Source of the DNA: Gammaproteobacteria bacterium
GTDB taxonomy: Bacteria; Pseudomonadota; Gammaproteobacteria; JBCCGL01
Assembly: GCA_965277715.1 (NCBI GenBank)
Contig: OZ255836.1
Location: 2,144,001-2,208,000, forward strand
Length of the DNA stretch: 64,000 nt
Direction of reading: 5' to 3'
Positions 1 to 9,883 of this stretch are shown in pieces (position 1 is the stretch's first letter; each line of letters begins with the position of its first letter). A program made the translations under genes and the position numbers. The notes beneath the pieces are model-generated. The model saw only the letters and a list, made by a program, of their open reading frames with translations, made no database searches and had not been told where the DNA came from.

Positions 1-109
1 TGATTTTTACATCGAGCTGTACTTTGTACCAGGTGGTCACCAGAATGGCGATACTGCCCAATAGTGACCAATGCAACCAACTACGGTTTAGAAAAAATGA
101 TTTAAACAT
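1..109 (-). CDS. N-terminus of a putative SbmA/BacA-like inner-membrane transporter (runs off the window)
   Basis: Manual translation from ATG at 109 gives MFKSFFLNRSWLHWSLLGSIAILVTTWYKVQLDVKI, which resembles SbmA/BacA-family N-termini. Not in the ORF track. Confidence 0.6.
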   Translation of the reverse strand, partial: MFKSFFLNRSWLHWSLLGSIAILVTTWYKVQLDVKI

Positions 110-323
110 TAAATACGGCTCTCAAATAGGCGACCGTAATGCAGACAGCATAGAGCGTGCCGAGTTGCATTACTAACAACTCACAAAAAAACCAAATTAA
201 TCCAGGTACTAAATTCTCCAATACAGTGCGCATAAGTTGGGATTTTCTCAATCCCTGTTGCGTGGCATGCCACTCCAATGCATTGTTCAGATTATCAGGT
301 AATTTGATGGACACAGCATTCAT
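102..323 (-). pseudogene. Ribbon-helix-helix (CopG-like) protein, probably a degenerate antitoxin fragment
   Basis: MNAVSIKLPDNLNNALEWHATQQGLRKSQLMRTVLE fits the RHH pattern; the C-terminal half looks like read-through. Confidence 0.4.
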
Positions 324-405
324 TGAAATTCACCAACAGACAAAAATAGTAGTTTAGTTATTGCAACTAAACTACCAAAGAACCGAAAGGACCCCGACTA
401 AAAAA

Positions 406-1920
406 CTAACGCAAAAACGCCTGATACGCTGGATTATCCGTCTCCTGCCAATAGTTATAGCCAATATCATTGAGAAACGTTTGAAACTTGCTGGTATCCC
501 CTTTCGGCACTTGCACGCCCACCAACACCCGGCCATAGGCCGAGCCGTGGTTGCGGTAGTGAAATAAGCTGATATTCCAGTCATTCGCCATTTTATTGAG
601 AAAGGCCGACAGTGCCCCCGGCCTCTCGGGAAATTCAAAGCGGTACAGTTGTTCATTTTCAACCATCGGTGCGTGGCCACCCACCATATAGCGCACATGC
701 AGCTTGGCCATTTCATCATCGGTTAAATCGAGCACCTGATAACCGCCCTCGCGCAGCGAGGCGACAATCTGTCGGCGCTCTTCGCCGCCATTTTCAAGCT
801 GCACACCGGCAAATACTTTAGCCGCCTCACTGTCCGCGTAGCGGTAATTAAATTCGGTGATACCGCGCCGCCCCAGCGCCTGGCAAAACCTGCGAAACGC
901 ACCCGGCTGTTCTGGCAGGGTAACGCACAACAGTGCCTCGCGGTGTTCACCCAGCTCGGCACGCTCGGCGACATGCCGCAAGCGGTCAAAATTGATATTG
1001 GCGCCGCTGGTAATCGCGATCAGGTTTTTACCTGAACAACCACGCTGTTCAACGTATTTCTTTAAACCGGCGACACTCAGTGCGCCCGCTGGCTCTAACA
1101 GTGTGCGGGTGTCGCTAAACACATCCTTGATCGATGCGCACATCTCATCCACCGAACACAAGATAATATCGTCGAGGTATTTTTTACATAATTTATAGGT
1201 TTCTTTGCCGGGCTGTTTCACCGCCACGCCCTCGGCAAAAATGCCCACTTGTTTGAGTGTGCTGCGGCGCCCGCGTTGCAGGGATAAATGCATGGCATTG
1301 GCATCCTCTGGTTCCACGCCAATCACTTTCACCTCGGGGCGCAGGTATTTTAAATAGGTGGCGATACCCGCCGCCAGGCCACCGCCGCCAATCGGGATAA
1401 ACACCGCGTGCAAGTCTTGCGAGTGTTGCATACACAGCTCAACACCGATGGTGCCCTGCCCGGCAATTGTATCCGGGTGATCGAAGGGGTGAATCAATGG
1501 GTAGCCGTATTTCTCGACCAGTGTCAGCGCGTGCTGGTAGGCATCATCGTAGACATCGCCGTGCAACACCGCACGGGCGCCGAGCGCCCGCACGGCATCG
1601 ACTTTTATTTGTGGCGTGGGCCGGGGCATCACAACAATCGATTTTAAATTCAGCTTGCGCGCCGCTAACGCCACCCCTTGAGCATGATTGCCCGCCGAAG
1701 CCGCAACCACACCCTCGATCGATTGCTTTTGCAACAGTTGGTAGATGCGGTTATACGCCCCGCGTGATTTAAATGAAAACACACTCTGCTGGTCTTCGCG
1801 CTTTAGCAATACCGTATTGCCGAGCCGTTTCGACAAGTTCTCCGCCTCGTTGAGTGGCGTTTCCGTGGCGACATCGTAGACACGCGCAGAGAGTATGCGT
1901 TTTATGTAAGGGTCAACCAT
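406..1920 (-). CDS. ilvA: Threonine ammonia-lyase, biosynthetic
   Basis: SFKSRGA PLP-lysine motif, ASAGNHAQG, and C-terminal ACT-like regulatory repeats. Start moved to ATG 1920 (MVDPYIKRIL). Confidence 0.97.
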   Translation of the reverse strand: MVDPYIKRILSARVYDVATETPLNEAENLSKRLGNTVLLKREDQQSVFSFKSRGAYNRIYQLLQKQSIEGVVAASAGNHAQGVALAARKLNLKSIVVMPRPTPQIKVDAVRALGARAVLHGDVYDDAYQHALTLVEKYGYPLIHPFDHPDTIAGQGTIGVELCMQHSQDLHAVFIPIGGGGLAAGIATYLKYLRPEVKVIGVEPEDANAMHLSLQRGRRSTLKQVGIFAEGVAVKQPGKETYKLCKKYLDDIILCSVDEMCASIKDVFSDTRTLLEPAGALSVAGLKKYVEQRGCSGKNLIAITSGANINFDRLRHVAERAELGEHREALLCVTLPEQPGAFRRFCQALGRRGITEFNYRYADSEAAKVFAGVQLENGGEERRQIVASLREGGYQVLDLTDDEMAKLHVRYMVGGHAPMVENEQLYRFEFPERPGALSAFLNKMANDWNISLFHYRNHGSAYGRVLVGVQVPKGDTSKFQTFLNDIGYNYWQETDNPAYQAFLR

Positions 1921-2118
1921 GAGTGTATTGATCGTCAGTGTAGCGGGTGAATAAATCGAGGCGCGCATTGTATGCTGGTGTGCCTGTTGCCGCCACCCGA
2001 CATATTTTTATATTCCTTCATTTGTGTAGAAAACGTATGATCACCTGCCAAATCAGGCGGCATACGTAACACATTCGCAGCCTTTGATACGATTATCCAG
2101 TAAACCCAGGAGCAATTA

Positions 2119-2781
2119 ATGCCCGCCGATGAAATGAAACGCGCTGCCGCCAAAGCGGCAATCCAGTACGTCGAAGACGATACCGTTATCGGTATCGGCA
2201 CAGGCTCTACAGCCAACCACTTTATCGATTTACTCGCCACCATCAAACACCGTATCGATGGCACGGTTGCCAGCTCTGAAGCCAGCGCACAACGGCTGCG
2301 CGACCACGGGATTCGGGTATACGAGTTAAATGCCAGTGGCGATTTATCCCTTTATGTCGATGGCGCCGACGAATCGACCCGGCATCTGCACCTGATAAAA
2401 GGCGGCGGCGGCGCCCTCACCCGTGAAAAAATTGTCGCGGCGGCCAGCAAAAAATTTATCTGCATCGCCGATGACAGTAAGTTAGTCGATACGCTGGGCG
2501 CCTTTCCACTGCCCGTGGAAGTCATCCCGATGGCGCGCAGTTACGTGGCCCGGCAAATGGTGAAGCTCGGTGGTGACCCCGAGCTACGCGAGGGATTTGT
2601 CAGCGACAACGGCAACCTGATTCTGGATGTGCACAACCTGGCCATTCTCGACCCCGTGGCAATGGAAAAGACGATTAACCAGATTGCCGGTGTGGTGACG
2701 GTGGGTTTGTTTGCCCAACGGCCTGCGGATGTATTGATCCTCGGTAAAGAGGACGGCAGCGTTGATATTTTGACTGCGTAG
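2119..2781 (+). CDS. rpiA: Ribose-5-phosphate isomerase A
   Basis: GIGTGST, DGADE and [11 protein letters not shown] motifs; divergent from ilvA as is typical. Confidence 0.98.
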   Translation: MPADEMKRAAAKAAIQYVEDDTVIGIGTGSTANHFIDLLATIKHRIDGTVASSEASAQRLRDHGIRVYELNASGDLSLYVDGADESTRHLHLIKGGGGALTREKIVAAASKKFICIADDSKLVDTLGAFPLPVEVIPMARSYVARQMVKLGGDPELREGFVSDNGNLILDVHNLAILDPVAMEKTINQIAGVVTVGLFAQRPADVLILGKEDGSVDILTA

Positions 2782-2804
2782 GCCACAACGACTAACAATA
2801 GGGC

Positions 2805-2961
2805 AGACACCTTGGCCTGCCCTTTCACTTGTAGATTTTACGACTCGACAACACGGGCGATGGCTTCACACAAAGCCTCCATATTGGCCTCGGTCATCGC
2901 TGCGACATTAAAGCGCCCCGAATCCACCGCGTATACCGCGTGTTGTTCGCGCATTTTCAAT
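2805..2961. repeat. 157-bp direct repeat copy 1 (displaced aspC 3' end)
   Basis: Near-identical to 6588-6744; two substitutions seen. Confidence 0.95.
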
Positions 2962-3697
2962 TTTTCTTGTTCGTGGTCGTATCGCTGTTAGCGCCGAACC
3001 TCTGAGCGTTGGAAAGACGCAATCTTTCTTCCAGCAAACGAATAGAATGATCGCGGTTTTTTAGGGTGTTTTTGTGGCGTTGAATAATTTGGTTATGACG
3101 CGTTAATTCGGCTTCTTTTTCAGCAAGCACTATCAATCATTCAGCAGCCGTTAAGCCGGTGTAATTGCGTTGTTTTTGTTGAATTTCCGATGCCAAAACC
3201 ATCGCGTAATAATACCCAATAACCGTCTAAAGATCATTAAAATCAAACACTTTTTCACCCTTTAGCGGGCTAAAAAAACAGATTCGTAGTGCAATACTTT
3301 GTGGCCTTTCATTGCGGCTAAATCATAGCCATCAAGCAACCAGTTTATTTGCATTCCGGTGAGTGATATGATTTCCTCATCGAGGTTAGGCCACTTAAAT
3401 TGCTCTTCGGCCAAGGCTTTGTAATACAGTACAAAAAAGGGGTTTTATTCTGCCTTGCTTGAATAGTTTTACGGGAACATTTTCGGTGCCAATAGTAAAA
3501 CTGCTTCAAGTTGATGCCGTTATCCTGGCAAAACTTCGCACCACTCAAACCGAATGTTTGCCATTGTTCAATTTGATTGCACCAGTACAACGCACGTTCT
3601 TTATTACGCATATTACACCTAGCGGGTATTGGGTTGCTGTGGTGCAGTGTGAAGGGCGATCAGAGTAATTGGTAGACGCCTATTCTTTGGCGCTTAC
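2962..3697 (-). mobile_element. IS66-family remnant (tnpA, tnpB and tnpC fragments, internally deleted)
   Basis: GTAAGCG terminus at 3697 on the minus strand. TnpA-like WCNQIEQWQTFGLSGAKFCQDNGINLKQFYYW, TnpB tail ISLTGMQINWLLDGYDLAAMKGHKVLHYESVF, and TnpC start LLEERLRLSNAQRFGANS. Confidence 0.85.
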
Positions 3698-3982
3698 GGC
3701 GGAATCGGAACTCAGCCAGTATTGATATTCTTTGCGTGCCACCTGTGGATCATACGAACCGGTTTTCACCAGCATCCGAGCAAGGAGCAGAACCATCTCG
3801 GAATCATCGGTTGGCTGACCGGCAATGGTATTCCATGTGCCGCCATCTACCAGCACCCGAACACCATCAGGATAGCTCCGCCGGATCTCATCCGGGGACT
3901 GAAACTCAACCAGACTTCCCAGTGCATCACCGGCAAGCTGGCCAAGCAGTCATCCTTGGGCTCTGGATCGTTTAGTTTCCAA
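3698..3982 (-). pseudogene. ADP-ribosylglycohydrolase (DraG/ARH family) N-terminal pseudogene
   Basis: Manual translation RAQG*LLGQLAGDALGSLVEF...GQPTDDSEM shows the GDALG and TDD motifs. In-frame TGA at 3950-3952; truncated by the IS66 end. Confidence 0.85.
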
Positions 3983-4047
3983 GTTTACGTCTTTCCTCTC
4001 GTGCTATATTTTCCGTCAAAAGCCTCACCATCCATTGGCCACAAAAT

Positions 4048-5928
4048 TCAGGCATTTGAATCCTCAACCACTTCCTCATCCGAGTCTTCAACTGTTGGAG
4101 ACAAGGGCAGTTGCGCTGACATGAAAATCCAGCTTTTCAACCTTTTCTTCAAATATGACCTCCGCGTCTCATAAAATTCCCTGAATGCCTCAAACTCCAA
4201 GCCGATTCCTTCAACAAGTAGATCTTGTGCTCGCAGGTTTACATTCGGGTCATTGAGCCATTCGGACAAAGGCCTGTCGTTCTTTGAGAGATTCTGCGAG
4301 TCGTTGAGCAAGTGAAGATTTGCCATAGAATTCCAATGCCCCGCATCAGAGAAAAATCCAAGTAGTGTCTCGTCACTTTGAAGGAAATTGTGCGACTTGA
4401 GCGCCTTTTTTTCAAAAGCACTACGGGGATGCAGATGGTCAATGTGGAAGACCTCGGTCGAATTCATCTCAGGGAAAAGAAGGTGCAAGAGTGCTCGGCA
4501 ACGCCCCTCTCCATGCTGAATGTCCAGCAGACTTTCAATATAGTCATCATCGAAACGAAGATCCTTGTTGGTGGCTTTATACCGCTCGATGATAGCTTCT
4601 AAAGGAAATGCTGTTTTTTGAATGTTATCCCGTAAAACGTCGCGCATGCTTATCAGAATTGAATCCGCTTGCCCGCCAAAAACTCCTTTGAGCAATGCCA
4701 TGTAAAACCATTGGCTAATCTTCGACCGTTGCTCATGGCACTTGGCCAAGTTATTGATGTCGCGGTATAAAGGCCGACCGCCCTCGTTTTGTTTGTACAA
4801 GTAATAGCAAATAGGAATCACGGCATTTTTGGATGTCAACGACTGTGGATTGATGCCAAGCCGACGCACAAGAAGGAAAGTGGCCTTGATACAGTCTTTT
4901 ATGGATTGCCACTCGGACTGAATTTTCTTCACCTGCTCAGCCTTGAAATTTTTGACCTTGAAGCGGACATCCGCATCAGTAAGCATTAGGCAGGTTTTTA
5001 GAATCCAATCCCGCTCAATATAAAATCCCATGTCAATGCTTTGATGGATATGGTTTGTCAAATTATCGAGCTCTTGACGAAAATCCCCATCCCAGTTTGC
5101 TACAGCGATCGACATCAGTAAGTCTGAAAACTCCAGCTTGGTTCCACCGCTATTGGTTCGAATAAAGACATCGAGTACGTGATCAATCTCCTGACTGGTT
5201 TCATTGAAATAATGGATAATCTTCTGCGCCCTGATCACATCGTAGAGCTGAGAGAGGGTCTCTTGAGCAAATTCGTTATCGGATAAGCCAACAGAGTCAA
5301 GAAAGGGTTTTACGACTTTGTTCAATATCTGACTCCCTCCATCAACCTGTGGAAATTCTAAAATCTTGTGCAAACAGAACCAGTGATGCTCTTTTGGTTC
5401 AGCCAATGAATCCTGATATTGTTTTTCTGTCAGGAACCGGAAATTGTATTTCATTAGCGAATCATCATCGTCTGAAATCACTGGCTGCTTGAGATCGAGA
5501 TACAGCTTTCTCGGCGGCAGTATGTTTTCATCCATGGTACCTGGCCACCAAACCCGAGGCCGCTTATATGCATATGTACTGCACAAACCTATGTACAAGG
5601 ACGTCAGCCTTTGCTGGCCATCGATTATAGCTTTGAAATCTTTGAAGCTGGCGCTGGTCTTTACGTATGGATTCTCTTCATTGAACCTCTGACAGTAATA
5701 CTTCAAAAACTCATAAAATTTATATTCGTTTTTGATGTGGTCGCTTTTGATTTCCCACATCATGAACATGTTGATAGGATATCCGCGCATGATCGAATCG
5801 AACAAAACGCAGATCTGATGACTGCTCCAAACAAACTTTCGCTGAATGGCTGGCAATAGGTAGTCCCGGTTATTTATCGCATCAATCGCTTCCTTGATGC
5901 TAATTGCTTTTTCATATTCACCAGCCAT
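4048..5928 (-). CDS. DUF262 + C-terminal HNH (DUF1524-like) protein, GmrSD-type putative modification-dependent nuclease
   Basis: PAIQRKFVW, IIDGQQRLTSL and FIRTNSGG (DUF262 motifs); IDHLHP...ANLHLL...NLSK (HNH). Confidence 0.88.
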   Translation of the reverse strand: MAGEYEKAISIKEAIDAINNRDYLLPAIQRKFVWSSHQICVLFDSIMRGYPINMFMMWEIKSDHIKNEYKFYEFLKYYCQRFNEENPYVKTSASFKDFKAIIDGQQRLTSLYIGLCSTYAYKRPRVWWPGTMDENILPPRKLYLDLKQPVISDDDDSLMKYNFRFLTEKQYQDSLAEPKEHHWFCLHKILEFPQVDGGSQILNKVVKPFLDSVGLSDNEFAQETLSQLYDVIRAQKIIHYFNETSQEIDHVLDVFIRTNSGGTKLEFSDLLMSIAVANWDGDFRQELDNLTNHIHQSIDMGFYIERDWILKTCLMLTDADVRFKVKNFKAEQVKKIQSEWQSIKDCIKATFLLVRRLGINPQSLTSKNAVIPICYYLYKQNEGGRPLYRDINNLAKCHEQRSKISQWFYMALLKGVFGGQADSILISMRDVLRDNIQKTAFPLEAIIERYKATNKDLRFDDDYIESLLDIQHGEGRCRALLHLLFPEMNSTEVFHIDHLHPRSAFEKKALKSHNFLQSDETLLGFFSDAGHWNSMANLHLLNDSQNLSKNDRPLSEWLNDPNVNLRAQDLLVEGIGLEFEAFREFYETRRSYLKKRLKSWIFMSAQLPLSPTVEDSDEEVVEDSNA

Positions 5929-5941
5929 AAATCAGCTCCAA

Positions 5942-6388
5942 TTAGATATCTGTTATCTTTTTACAATTGTTCAAAATCATCTGTTCAGCTTCGTTGCGAG
6001 AGACATTCCATATATCACTCAAGGCAGAGCATACGTCCATTGCTTCCCAAGGCATGATAGGTTTGCCATTCAGAGTGGCAAAAGGTCCGTCGGATTCCGG
6101 CAACACCAATTCGGAAGGGATTCTATAAGTCAGGTCTTTTCCTTTTTTGCTTTTTAGCATCAGTGAATTGACACTGAAGTAACACCTCATTTCGATGGCT
6201 TCTTTCAATTCGGCAATCGATCCGGAAAACCAGTGAAGAATTGGTGTGCCACAACCCGGATACTTTTTGATGACCGACAATATCTTGGAAGCTGCACCTC
6301 TCGAATGAATATGGTTCTCTTTATTGACCCGGGCAAGGATATCGAGCGCGTTTGGGTATAAATCAAGGTGTGTATGCAGATCTATCAT
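5942..6388 (-). pseudogene. qatD: QatD-like TatD nuclease with in-frame internal deletion
   Basis: IDLHTHLDLYP, HSRGA, PILHWFSG, PESDGPF and MPWEA motifs. Only 148 aa, and the central GEVGLD-type region is missing (junction near 6313). Confidence 0.75.
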
Positions 6389-6490
6389 ATTACCCCTTTC
6401 CCCAGTAATAGTTCTTTAATCTCGCTAAGCCCTCGTGAAAAAAGACACCTTCGAAGTTTTCTCGATTTCGGTGATCGGCAGGGGAATATT
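6385..6490 (-). pseudogene. C-terminal remnant of a QatC-like (QueC-family) gene
   Basis: ...FSRGLSEIKELLLGKGVI* with its stop overlapping the qatD start (ATGA); frameshift in a T-run upstream. Confidence 0.5.
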
Positions 6491-6587
6491 CTGCCCTACA
6501 GGCTCAAGACCTCAGGCACACTCCACCTTCATCCTGCCTTGCTACTTAATGCTTGTACAGACATAAGTAACTGGCAATCAATATACA

Positions 6588-6744
6588 AGACACCTTGGCC
6601 TGCCCTTTCACTTGTAGATTTTACGACTCGACAACACGGGCGACGGCTTCACACAAAGCCTCCATATTGGCCTCGGTCATCGCTGCGACATTAAAACGCC
6701 CCGAATCCACCGCGTATACCGCGTGTTGTTCGCGCATTTTCAAT
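6588..6744. repeat. 157-bp direct repeat copy 2 (current aspC 3' end plus 33 bp downstream)
   Basis: Matches 2805-2961. Confidence 0.95.
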
Positions 6745-7817
6745 ACCTGTTGTTTGTTCAGACCCGAAAATGAAAACATGCCGTTTTGCCGTTCGATAAA
6801 ACTAAAATCAGTGCTGACGCCCTTGGCTTTCAAGGTGGCGACAAACAAGTGGCGCATGGTGCGAATACGCTCGCGCATGGTGGTCAGCTCACTCTCCCAC
6901 TCGGCGCGCAATGTGGCGTCATTAAGAATATGTGTCACTACGGCGCTGCCGTGTGCAGGCGGGTTGGAATAAATCACCCGAATAATGCTTTTTAACTGGC
7001 TAAAGGCCGTGGTGGCCACATCGGCGGTTTTGGCGACCAGTGTCATCGCCCCCGTGCGTTCACTGTAAATACCAAAGTTCTTTGAGAACGAGCTGGCAAC
7101 CAGTATTTCATCACAGTGTTGGGTGAAAATGCGCAGGCCCTGAGCATCTTCCTCCAGGCCATTGGCAAACCCTTGATAGGCAAAATCAAACAGCGGTAAC
7201 AAGCCCTTATCTGCGCACAACTTCGCTAACTGTAGCCATTGTTCTGCATCCGGGTCGATGCCTGTCGGGTTGTGGCAACAACCGTGTACTAACACGACAT
7301 CCCCCGCTTTTGCATGGGCCAGATCGGCCAGCGCGGCGGCAAAGTCAATATCTTTGGCATCGGCATCGTAGTATTGATAGCGCGCCGTAGCGAGACCGGC
7401 AGCGGCAAAGATCCCCATATGGTTTGCCCAGGTAGGGTCGCTAACCCATACCGTCACATCGCCCAACTGGCGCTTAATTAATTCCACGGCGATGCGCAGT
7501 GCACCCGTGCCGCCCGGTGCATGGGCCGTTTGTGCGCGTTTCTCAGCAATAAGAGGTGATGCCTCGCCAAACAACAATTTCTGCACAGCCAGCGCATAAT
7601 CTGCCGTGCCCGGAATACTCAAATACGATTTGCTGTTTTCCTTTTCCAGCAGCACAGCCTCGGCCTTCTTTACCGAGGTCAATACCGGCGTATTACCCGT
7701 CTCATCTTTATAAACACCTACACCCAGATTAATTTTTTGCGTGCGTGAATCGCTGTTGAATTCATCGTTGAGGCCCAGAATAGGGTCGGCGGGTGCAGCG
7801 GAGATTTTTTCTAACAT
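6621..7817 (-). CDS. aspC: Aspartate/aromatic amino acid aminotransferase
   Basis: [28 protein letters not shown] and SFSKNFG motifs. Start set at ATG 7817. Confidence 0.95.
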   Translation of the reverse strand: MLEKISAAPADPILGLNDEFNSDSRTQKINLGVGVYKDETGNTPVLTSVKKAEAVLLEKENSKSYLSIPGTADYALAVQKLLFGEASPLIAEKRAQTAHAPGGTGALRIAVELIKRQLGDVTVWVSDPTWANHMGIFAAAGLATARYQYYDADAKDIDFAAALADLAHAKAGDVVLVHGCCHNPTGIDPDAEQWLQLAKLCADKGLLPLFDFAYQGFANGLEEDAQGLRIFTQHCDEILVASSFSKNFGIYSERTGAMTLVAKTADVATTAFSQLKSIIRVIYSNPPAHGSAVVTHILNDATLRAEWESELTTMRERIRTMRHLFVATLKAKGVSTDFSFIERQNGMFSFSGLNKQQVLKMREQHAVYAVDSGRFNVAAMTEANMEALCEAVARVVES

Positions 7818-7992
7818 CGTGTTTACCAAAATGAGAAGGGAAGCGTAAGAGTTAAGCATATGCGCTTTTAAACGCGCAGGCGATTTTACACGGGAGTCAG
7901 CGCGATTGGCAGTATACTCGCTAGAAATTTTACGTTTATCGGGGGATAATTCGACGCAACAAACCCCCTTCTCATCTAAACAGGATCCCGCT

Positions 7993-8967
7993 ATGACACA
8001 CGCTATTCGCATCCACGAAACCGGCGACGCCGAACAACTCAGTTGGGATGAAATCAGCGTTGCAGCGCCGGAAAAAGGCCAGGTGCGCGTGCGGCAAACG
8101 GCTATTGGGTTAAATTTTATCGATGTGTATATGCGCTCGGGTTTATACCCACTGTCACAGTTTCCTGCGGTGCTGGGCATGGAGGCGGCGGGGGTTGTCG
8201 AAGCGCTTGGTGAAGCGGTTGATACTGTATCGGTAGGGGATCGTGTGGCTTATTGTATGGTGCCGGGCGCTTACGCAGAATCCCGCCTGGTAGCGGCTGA
8301 AAAACTGTTAAAACTGCCCGATAGCATCGACGACCAGACCGCGGCCGCGATGATGTTAAAAGGCTTAACCGCACACTACCTCTTATACCGTTCTTACCCC
8401 GTTAAAGCCGGGGATACAATTCTGGTATTGGCCGCCGCTGGTGGTGTTGGCCTGATTTTGTGCCAGTGGGCCAAACACCTCGGCGCAACGGTAATCGCCT
8501 GTGTCGGCTCCGCAGAAAAGGCGGCGTTGGCACGGGCTAATGGGGCTGATCACACCATTCTCTACCGCGATGAAAATATCGCCGAACGGGTGCGCGAGAT
8601 AACCAACGGCGAAGGGGTAGCGGTCTCCTATGATTCGATTGGCCAGTCAACCTTTGAAGCCTCGCTCGATTCGCTGCGCCCCTTTGGTGTGTTAGTGACC
8701 TACGGCAACGCCTCTGGGCCGGTTGAAGCGTTCAACCCCGGCATCCTGGCCCCCAAAGGTTCGCTGTATGTCACCCGCCCAACACTGGCAACACACACCG
8801 CGACGCGTGAGCTGTTGGAAGAGGGGGCGAATCGTTTATTTGATGTGGTCGGCAGGGGTATTGTGAAAATTGCTGTCAACCAGACCTATTCATTGGCAGA
8901 CACTGCACAGGCGCACCGGGATCTTGAGGCGCGGGTGACCACGGGTTCTACGGTGTTACTGCCGTAG
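7993..8967 (+). CDS. qor: NADPH:quinone oxidoreductase (zeta-crystallin/MDR family)
   Basis: [22 protein letters not shown] and TTGSTVLLP motifs. Confidence 0.92.
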   Translation: MTHAIRIHETGDAEQLSWDEISVAAPEKGQVRVRQTAIGLNFIDVYMRSGLYPLSQFPAVLGMEAAGVVEALGEAVDTVSVGDRVAYCMVPGAYAESRLVAAEKLLKLPDSIDDQTAAAMMLKGLTAHYLLYRSYPVKAGDTILVLAAAGGVGLILCQWAKHLGATVIACVGSAEKAALARANGADHTILYRDENIAERVREITNGEGVAVSYDSIGQSTFEASLDSLRPFGVLVTYGNASGPVEAFNPGILAPKGSLYVTRPTLATHTATRELLEEGANRLFDVVGRGIVKIAVNQTYSLADTAQAHRDLEARVTTGSTVLLP

Positions 8968-9026
8968 CTGTGAAGATAAGTAAGGCGGTTATCAAGCAGG
9001 CACATAACGACGAAAAGTAGTTGCAA

Positions 9027-9236
9027 TTAGACCCCATGTATTAACTTGCACATAAGTCAATACATGATGTCTGATGTATTAGCCAATAATTGTTCCAGAA
9101 AAAAAGCGTTCTGGAACAATTAGTTGCAAGTTAATACATATCAGGAACGTGCACGAAATAACTTCCGGGGTTTGCAAATGTATCGACTTACCTTATAGCT
9201 GAGTTGGCTGGGTGTGTCATTAACACATAGCGCATT
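9027..9236 (+). repeat. About 210-bp hairpin-rich inverted repeat, left copy
   Basis: Reverse complement of 12318-12527 with few mismatches; contains nested palindromes. Confidence 0.95.
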
Positions 9237-9457
9237 TACAAGCGTTGGACGATAGAAAAATCATTCAACAATAGTAAAAGTGATTTCACCGAAAGAAAAG
9301 CCTGGTCGTCAAACCTGAATGCGCTGAACAGTCCAATGCGTTTTACTGCATCCGCTCTCTGCAAAATACAATAATGACAAGAAAGTCCTTTAGAACTATT
9401 CTGGATAGCTTAGTGAGACATTTAAAACCTCGACAGCCAGGAATTTTGGAGCACTGA
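9237..9457 (+). pseudogene. IS4-like transposase C-terminal fragment
   Basis: YKRWTIEKSFNNSKSDFTERKAWSSNLNAL resembles the Y-R-E-K signature. Confidence 0.55.
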
Positions 9458-9480
9458 TGATTGACATAGGAACGTCAATA

Positions 9481-9698
9481 GTGTTGCAGAAAGCTTTTCC
9501 CACACACTGAAAACAGCATTAATTTACCAGCAAAGCTGGTCAACCCGAGAGGAGGTCAGACAAGCTATTTTTGAATATATTGAGGTTTTTTACAATCGCC
9601 AGCGATTACATTCCGCTAATGGCTATTTGTCACCCGTGGATTATGAACTGCCTAAAAAGATCGCTTAAACATGTGTCCGATAAAGTGTTGACACATCA
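9481..9698 (+). mobile_element. IS3-family right end (integrase C-terminus plus IRR)
   Basis: VAESFSHTLK...AIFEYIEVFYNRQRLHSANGYLSPVDYE, followed by GTGTCCGATAAAGTGTTGACACATCA. Confidence 0.85.
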
Positions 9699-9883
9699 GG
9701 TTGATATCTTCAGGATTTATGCTATAACTTCTAGAGGAATTCAACAGTAAATGTTGTATGCCGAATGTGTGTCATTAAATGGTTGTCTGGTGACACTACC
9801 TTTATTTTAAAATCATTAGATTATTTTGTCAGAACATAACTATACTTAGCTATTGTTTTTTTATTATTAAAACGAGGAAAAAT

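Noticed and set aside
6491-6587. Possible IS110-family non-coding end
   Set aside because: Only a vague resemblance (GGTGGAGTGTGCC), with no transposase sequence to support it.
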